Positions 56,437-64,000 of a stretch of 64,000 nt of DNA are shown here, piece after piece; positions within the stretch are counted from its first letter, which is position 1, and the number at the start of each line of letters is the position of its first letter. Under the pieces are notes generated by a model, which searched no databases, was not told the DNA's origin, and saw only the letters and a program-made list of their open reading frames with translations. The DNA lies in the NCBI GenBank assembly GCA_038230375.1, contig JBBRNJ010000009.1:1-64000 (forward strand), in the 5' to 3' direction. The stretch comes from Polyangiales bacterium. GTDB taxonomy: Bacteria; Myxococcota_A; Polyangia; Polyangiales; Polyangiaceae. Made by a program: the position numbers and the translations under genes.

Positions 56437-57075
56437 ATGAACGCCAAGAGCCTCTTTTTCGGATCGCTTCTTCTCTCCCTCAGCATGTTCGCATGCGCCG
56501 CCGAGACCTCGGACCAGGCGAATGCAGAGCAGGGGCAAGAGGAGGATCTCACCTCTGGAGCGAAGCAGGTCACTGGTGCATGGCACGTCGGAGCGAAGGC
56601 GTTCGATAGCAGCGAGGCCCTGGTCTTCCACACCGACGGCACGTTCGTCCACGATCAGTTCCGCATCCTCAACGGCGTGCTCATCGCCGGCGGGCCGCCC
56701 CCCGGCCGCGACACGGGCACGTTCAGCGTGAACAAGACCAAGGGCACCATCACCCTCCACGTGAAGCAAGGCTGGCACTCCGGCGACTCCGAGGTCTTCG
56801 ACTACACGTACACTCCCGCGAAGATCATGAACGGTGTCTTCCTGCCGGGCCACCAGCCCGAGGCCTCGCTCGCGCTGACGCACGCACCGCCGACCAACGG
56901 CTCCAAGATCGCGTACCCGACGATCACGTTCACCGCGCAGGACTCGTACTGCAACGGCCTGCCGAACGTCTCCACGAACGACTGCGAAGTGCAGCGCAAC
57001 GAGAAGCTCTGGATGCCCAATGGTTCGGGCAAGAGCGTCTGCAACGTCTCCAAGCACGTCTGCGAGACCAGGTAA
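56437..57075 (+). CDS. lipoprotein, hypothetical
   Basis: MFA-C lipobox; C-terminal 4-Cys module. Confidence 0.78.
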   Translation: MNAKSLFFGSLLLSLSMFACAAETSDQANAEQGQEEDLTSGAKQVTGAWHVGAKAFDSSEALVFHTDGTFVHDQFRILNGVLIAGGPPPGRDTGTFSVNKTKGTITLHVKQGWHSGDSEVFDYTYTPAKIMNGVFLPGHQPEASLALTHAPPTNGSKIAYPTITFTAQDSYCNGLPNVSTNDCEVQRNEKLWMPNGSGKSVCNVSKHVCETR

Positions 57076-57099
57076 TCCGCACGCCCCGAGCTTCCCTTC

Positions 57100-57120
57100 C
57101 TTCGCATTGACTTCGCATTG
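57100..57120. repeat. direct repeat CTTCGCATTG x2 with 11 bp period
   Basis: CTTCGCATTG-A-CTTCGCATTG in intergenic DNA. Confidence 0.7.
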
Positions 57121-57176
57121 CGGCGACCACTCTCCTGGAGCGATCGCCGCCTGCGTTTTGTCTGTAGTCTGTCGCG

Positions 57177-59042
57177 GTGAAGGTCTCTGGCAACCTCTCG
57201 TTCATCAAGCGAGGCATGCTCTTCCTCGGCGTGGCCGCGGTGGCGTCGCTCGTGTACACGCTGATGAAGAAGGAGCGGGTGCCCGAGCAAGCTCCGGTCG
57301 ACGAGAGCGCTGTGGTCGCTGGCTCGCACCCTCTTGCTCTGATCGCGGAGCCGCTCACGCTCATGTCCCTGGAGCGGCGTGGCTTCGCGCTCAATCGCGT
57401 GCTGGGCGCGCCTGGAACGCGCAATGCCGATCTGATGGAGAGCCGCGCGTATGCGGACCTTGTCTCCACGCTGAAGGCAGACCTTGCCGAGCTGGATGCT
57501 CGTCCGGGGATCGGCGGTGAGAAGGCGATGAACCATCCATTCAAGGTCGGATGGCTGTCGGATGAGGACGCGCGCTTCGAGCTGGTCGGTGTGGTGCCGC
57601 GGCTCGATCGCGCGTTCGTGGAGGCGGGTACGTGCGGTGAGCTACGTCTCGTCTACCGCCTTGCGCTCACGAGGAAGGGGCGACCCGGCACGCGCCTCCC
57701 CATGACGCTCAGCGTGCTGATGATCCCGCGCGGCGACGCGGCAACATGCCGGGAGCTCGCGCGGGCGTTCACCGAGCTGCCGGAGCGCGGGCAATCACGC
57801 GTGGTCGCTCTCGCAGGCCTGCTGACGCGGAGCGCTGCTGCTCCCCGACGGGTGGAGGTGAACCTCCAGAACCTGCACGGTCCTTCCGTGCGACGCGACT
57901 CCGACGATCACGCAGAGTACCTGATGCGCTCATTCGACGTGACGCCACACGGGCTGTCGCCACATCCGTTGCTCAACACGCCGCGCGAGGATCTCAAGGA
58001 CGACGAGAAGAAGGCGCTCGCAGCGCTGCTCGTGCAGCGCTTCCTGGAGGTGGACCAGGGCACGTTCGTGATGCCCGATGCGTTCGCGGCGAAGCGCGCG
58101 ATCTCCGTGGCGCCGCGTGGCCTCGCACGCCGCAGGAACCGCGTGTTCGCGCAGCTCTTCGGTGACGACGCCACGCAGCTCTTCGCATCACTTCCATACG
58201 ACCGCGCGAAGCTCGTGAAGTCTCCACGCGCACTCCTGCGACGCCTGGACACGGGCACGTGCCAGGGGTGCCACGCGAGCCGGAGCATCGCGGGCTTTCA
58301 TCTCCTCGGTGAGGAGCGGACCGCGGAGGCCTTCAACGGGCTGGCCGTGGGCCACGGCAATCACCTGGAAGAGGAGCTGCCGTGGCGCGAGCGTCAGCTG
58401 GTCGCCCTTGCGAATGGTGCAGTATACATTGAACCGCGCCCGTTCGCGGAGCGCGCGGCGTCAGGGCCTGGCGGCTACGGCGCGCGATGCGGCATGGGAG
58501 ACCCCGGTTTCAAGGAGCTCGGCTGCGGCCCAGGCCTCACGTGCAAGGACTTCGTCATCGACGAGCTGGGCGCGTGCACTCACGCGGCGGAGAACCGCGA
58601 AGGCGATGCGTGCGAGCGCGTCACGGTGACGTTCGGAGCTGGCCCTGATGGCGACACGACGGCCCCCGACGCAAAGGAGCCCTGCATGATCGGCGGCGCC
58701 CTTGTCCCGAGCGACGCGTGCAGCCCCAACTCGTACGGCTTCCCTGGCGGCATGTGCAGCGCTGACTGTGAACGAACTGGTGAGGTGACGGGCGACGCGA
58801 TCTGCGCGCCGCTCCCTGCAGCCGGATACGAATCGGACTGCTTCGCCACCGACGTACCCATCGAGACGTGCATCCAGACCCACCTCGCCAAGCGCCGCGT
58901 GCGCGCCTGCGACGAGAAGCACGCTTGCCGCGATGACTTCGCGTGCGTACGCGTGCCGGGCGCGACGAATGGAATGGGCGCGTGCGTGCCGCCGTACTTC
59001 GTCTTCCAGGCTCGCGTCGACGGTCCGCGCACGGATCGCTGA
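57177..59042 (+). CDS. membrane-anchored protein with one CxxCH motif and Cys-rich C-terminus
   Basis: N-terminal TM; CQGCH; many C-terminal Cys. Confidence 0.75.
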   Translation: MKVSGNLSFIKRGMLFLGVAAVASLVYTLMKKERVPEQAPVDESAVVAGSHPLALIAEPLTLMSLERRGFALNRVLGAPGTRNADLMESRAYADLVSTLKADLAELDARPGIGGEKAMNHPFKVGWLSDEDARFELVGVVPRLDRAFVEAGTCGELRLVYRLALTRKGRPGTRLPMTLSVLMIPRGDAATCRELARAFTELPERGQSRVVALAGLLTRSAAAPRRVEVNLQNLHGPSVRRDSDDHAEYLMRSFDVTPHGLSPHPLLNTPREDLKDDEKKALAALLVQRFLEVDQGTFVMPDAFAAKRAISVAPRGLARRRNRVFAQLFGDDATQLFASLPYDRAKLVKSPRALLRRLDTGTCQGCHASRSIAGFHLLGEERTAEAFNGLAVGHGNHLEEELPWRERQLVALANGAVYIEPRPFAERAASGPGGYGARCGMGDPGFKELGCGPGLTCKDFVIDELGACTHAAENREGDACERVTVTFGAGPDGDTTAPDAKEPCMIGGALVPSDACSPNSYGFPGGMCSADCERTGEVTGDAICAPLPAAGYESDCFATDVPIETCIQTHLAKRRVRACDEKHACRDDFACVRVPGATNGMGACVPPYFVFQARVDGPRTDR

Positions 59043-59057
59043 GCAACGCTCGTGACG

Positions 59058-59897
59058 TCAGCCCATGCGCTGGGCGATCGCCGCGGCATCGATGGTGAGC
59101 TGGGACAGCATGGGCGGTGTCACTCCAAGGAGCGCTATCTCTGCTTCCGGTCGCGCGTCAGCGGTCTCCCCATCGAGAGCGAAGCCCTGCTCCGAGGCGA
59201 GCCACTCGGCGATCGCGATCGCGCACGCCATGGGATGCGCGAAGCCATTGATATGGAGGGAGTGATGATGCTCCACCACGAGCGTCACATCGGTAGGGAG
59301 CTTCCAGGCCTGCGTGAGGATGCCGCCGATCTCACCGTGGACCTCGAGGATCGCGGGCCATGCGAGGTCGGCCGGGACCCCCTTCCCGACGGCCGCAGCC
59401 CCCGCCGCCATTCCGACGTCGTGTAGCAACGCGCACATGAAGGCGTACTCATCCATCACCGAGATCTGCCTGCAGACAAGCCGCGCGAGCTGCGCGGTCA
59501 TGCTGGAATGACGGCGGAGCGAGCCCATGTATCGCTCGAAGCCGGGCGCGCGGAAGATGCGAACGGAGGCGGTGATCTCGAAGAAGAGAAGACCCAGCTC
59601 CTCCATGCCAAGACGCATGACCGCATCACGCAGCGAGGTGACGCGCGCGCCCCGCGAGAAGAACGCCGACTGCGCAACGGCCAGCACCTTGGCGGCGATG
59701 AGCGGGTCCTGCTCCATCAGGCGGACCACATGCATGATCTCGGTGTCGGGCCGCCGCGTGAGCTCGACCAGCTTGATCGCCATGTCGGGCAGCAAGGGAA
59801 GCTGGTAGCCGGGAGCGTTGAGGGCCGCCTTCGCGCGCGCGAGCACTTCTTTCCCCGTGATGGTGGGGGCCGCAACTGCCCTGCTTCGATTCATCAT
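59058..59897 (-). CDS. stand-alone HDOD domain protein
   Basis: LPLLP, QDPLIAAKVL.VA.S, AVMRLG, LLHDVG, WKLP, HH. Confidence 0.9.
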   Translation of the reverse strand: MMNRSRAVAAPTITGKEVLARAKAALNAPGYQLPLLPDMAIKLVELTRRPDTEIMHVVRLMEQDPLIAAKVLAVAQSAFFSRGARVTSLRDAVMRLGMEELGLLFFEITASVRIFRAPGFERYMGSLRRHSSMTAQLARLVCRQISVMDEYAFMCALLHDVGMAAGAAAVGKGVPADLAWPAILEVHGEIGGILTQAWKLPTDVTLVVEHHHSLHINGFAHPMACAIAIAEWLASEQGFALDGETADARPEAEIALLGVTPPMLSQLTIDAAAIAQRMG

Positions 59898-59941
59898 CGA
59901 TCGACGGAACGGCGCCCGCTGAAAAAACTGGAACGAGTTGC

Positions 59942-60439
59942 TCAGTGACCGGGGCAGCAGTTCGCGTCGCACGCAGGCGTGACGGGCGCGTTGGGCGACA
60001 GCCAGATGCACGACGAGCCATCCCACTGGCAACGGTCACACGACGAACCGCTGGAGCTACCCGTCGAGCCACCGCTGTTGTTGTTGGCGGGCGGGCCATC
60101 GATCAGCGCCACGGCGTCTGCGCAGTTGAGCGAGACGAACTGCGACAGCTCGTCCTGGGTGTGGTTCTGCGCGGCGCACTGGCTGGCGCAGCTCTGGTGG
60201 TTGTCCGCAGTGTCGATGCCCTTGCACCCCAGGTAGAGCGCGCATGCGCCGTCACACGTCGCGGCGCCGTTGCCAGTCGCGGTACCGGCGTTGCTACCAG
60301 TGCCGCTGGTCGCGCCGTTGCTACCCGGACCGTTCCCCTGATTGCCGTTGGTGGTTGAGCCACCGGCGCTACCTGCAGAGCAAGCGATTGTGGAGACAGC
60401 GAAGGCAGCAACGACGGTGGCGATGGGGAAGAGACGCAC
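59942..60439 (-). CDS. Cys-rich lipoprotein
   Basis: AGGAGG RBS; TIA-C lipobox; Gly/Ser/Asn linkers; Cys clusters. Confidence 0.8.
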   Translation of the reverse strand: MRLFPIATVVAAFAVSTIACSAGSAGGSTTNGNQGNGPGSNGATSGTGSNAGTATGNGAATCDGACALYLGCKGIDTADNHQSCASQCAAQNHTQDELSQFVSLNCADAVALIDGPPANNNSGGSTGSSSGSSCDRCQWDGSSCIWLSPNAPVTPACDANCCPGH

Positions 60440-60659
60440 GATGAAGAACCTCCTGAGGGGTAGTGTTTGGATACGGTGAGTAGGACGACGGCAAGCGCGC
60501 TTGCATTCGCTCCACCCCTGTCACCCCAACGGCGTCCCCAGATCGGGTGACGCACGTTCTCCCGCGAAAACCGCCACAAAAGCGAGCGGCGGCGCCCACG
60601 TTTCCGCGAGCACCGCCGTCCTTTTCAGCCCATCAGAACCACTGGTTCTGCGTGCAGTC

Positions 60660-62582
<1,923 letters not shown>

Positions 62583-62704
62583 GACGATATAGCCTCCGAG
62601 ACCGTTTACGACTGTTGCGGACGATGCCAACTAGAATGGGCCCTCAGGGGAAGAGCCATTAGTTTCGCCCTTTTGCCAGTGAGACCGACGACGTCGTCTC
62701 GGGC

Positions 62705-62732
62705 AAGCTAATCACACCCGGGGAGACGTCAA
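62705..62732 (-). promoter_or_regulatory. candidate sigma70-type promoter of dnaK
   Basis: TTGACG-N16-TAGCTT on the minus strand. Confidence 0.45.
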
Positions 62733-62764
62733 CGCCCAACGTGAAACGTCGGCACGATTCGTGA

Positions 62765-64000
62765 TCAAGGCTTGTTTTTCTTTCGTTCGTGCGCCTCGCG
62801 CGCCTCACGCTCGATCCGCGCAAAGTCCGGCGCCTTCCGCTTCTCGGTCACGGCGTCCCATTCGTCATACGCCTCGGGGACTTCCTCGAACGACACCTCC
62901 CACGACGCCGGGACGGACACGGCCGCGGGCGACTCGATGTCGACGCCCGTCCGCGACTGGGGACCCGGGTCCGGGTTGCGTTCGTAGGTGGGTCGCTCGA
63001 GCTTGGGAGCCTCGAACTTGGCTGGCTGGCCGGGGCTCAACAGCGTCATCGGGCCGTGGGCCTCCGGGATGGTGCTGATCGTGGGCGTGCGTACGAACGA
63101 GTCCGGTGAGAACGAGCGAGGCTGGAACGAAGGCGCTGGCGGGGGAGGCTTGGTGGGCGGCGGCCTGGGAGGGTTCGTGGGCGAACGCCGAACGCCGGGC
63201 GATGGGACCGACCCCACGGGCGCGGACGGCGCATGCGGAGGTGGAGGCGGCGTATAGGCCTGCGCGATCCCGGTTCGCGGCGCGACCTCCGATGGCGGCG
63301 TGTGCCACGAGCGCGGCTTGTCGACGTTGGTGGTCAGATCCTCCTCGAGCTCGAAGGTGGGACGGATCCGGACCCAGAGGTCGAGCGCCTCGCGGCTGGA
63401 CTGGAACCGCTGCATGAGATCGCGCGACAGACATTTTCCGACGAACCAATCGAGCTGCGCGCGAGAGGGTGCGCCCGGCATTGTCGACAGCGGCGGCGGA
63501 TCCTTCTCGCGTTTCATGCGGATCACGGCTTCGATCTGCTTGCTGACGAACGGAAGCTGCCCCGTGATCATCCGGAAGATCACGACGCCCACTGCGTAGA
63601 GGTCCGCGGCCGGCGTGACCTTGGAGGCCTGCGCGAACTGCTCCGGCGCCATGTAGCCAACGCTGCCGAGCAGGTGCGACGCCGAGGTGAGACCCTGCGA
63701 GCCGTCATCTGTAGCCTCGAGGAGGCGCGCGACACCGAAGTCGATGACCTTCACGATCTCTCGCGGACCTTCGCGCTGGATGAAGATGTTCGCAGGCTTG
63801 AGATCGCGGTGGATGACGTTGGCGGCGTGGATGTCCCTCACGCCTGCAAGGAGCTGCTCGATCCACGCATATGCGAGCGTCGGAGGCACGGGCCCGTCGC
63901 GACGAAGCTTGGCGTCCAGGGTCTCTCCGACCAGGCGTTCGAGGACCAGGAAGGGCTGGCCCTGGTCGAACCCGTATCCCAGGATCCGGCTCACATGCTG
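62765..64000 (-). CDS. Ser/Thr kinase, 5' end outside window, Pro-rich tail
   Basis: HRDLKPAN, DFG, YMAPEQ. Confidence 0.92.
   Translation of the reverse strand, partial: QHVSRILGYGFDQGQPFLVLERLVGETLDAKLRRDGPVPPTLAYAWIEQLLAGVRDIHAANVIHRDLKPANIFIQREGPREIVKVIDFGVARLLEATDDGSQGLTSASHLLGSVGYMAPEQFAQASKVTPAADLYAVGVVIFRMITGQLPFVSKQIEAVIRMKREKDPPPLSTMPGAPSRAQLDWFVGKCLSRDLMQRFQSSREALDLWVRIRPTFELEEDLTTNVDKPRSWHTPPSEVAPRTGIAQAYTPPPPPHAPSAPVGSVPSPGVRRSPTNPPRPPPTKPPPPAPSFQPRSFSPDSFVRTPTISTIPEAHGPMTLLSPGQPAKFEAPKLERPTYERNPDPGPQSRTGVDIESPAAVSVPASWEVSFEEVPEAYDEWDAVTEKRKAPDFARIEREAREAHERKKNKP

Noticed and set aside
60491..60504. Perfect palindrome GCAAGCGCGCTTGC
   Set aside because: Single GC-rich instance with no supporting context

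Overview
GC-rich bacterial chromosomal segment with the hallmarks of a myxobacterium, probably Polyangiales. The evidence is five Hanks-type Ser/Thr kinases, an FHA-sigma54 activator, a Myxococcales-type ECF sigma, a TIGR02266/PilZ-like protein and many lipoproteins; the taxonomy is inference from gene content. About 55 CDSs are tightly packed, including housekeeping genes (gluQ, tdk, ppk1, gpmI, rnhA, ppa, dnaK). I saw no rRNA, tRNA, CRISPR array, integrase or transposase. The most interesting signals are cis-regulatory motifs that tie uncharacterised genes into systems. (1) An identical ECF-type promoter ATCCACC-N13-CGTAG precedes both a TPR + HupE/UreJ operon and a DUF4331 + lipoprotein operon. 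(2) Two inverted copies of TGCGCC-N15-GCGTTCCWGGGATG face divergent genes next to an ECF sigma and a zinc-anti-sigma-kinase fusion. (3) TTGCGCAA boxes plus a sigma54 promoter lie between an FHA activator and a kinase. Also notable are two small ORFs not called as such in the ORF track, window-wide signs of leaderless or short-leader transcription, and several degenerate enzyme domains. Start codons were re-chosen by eye and are approximate. Family names come from motif recognition, not database searches.
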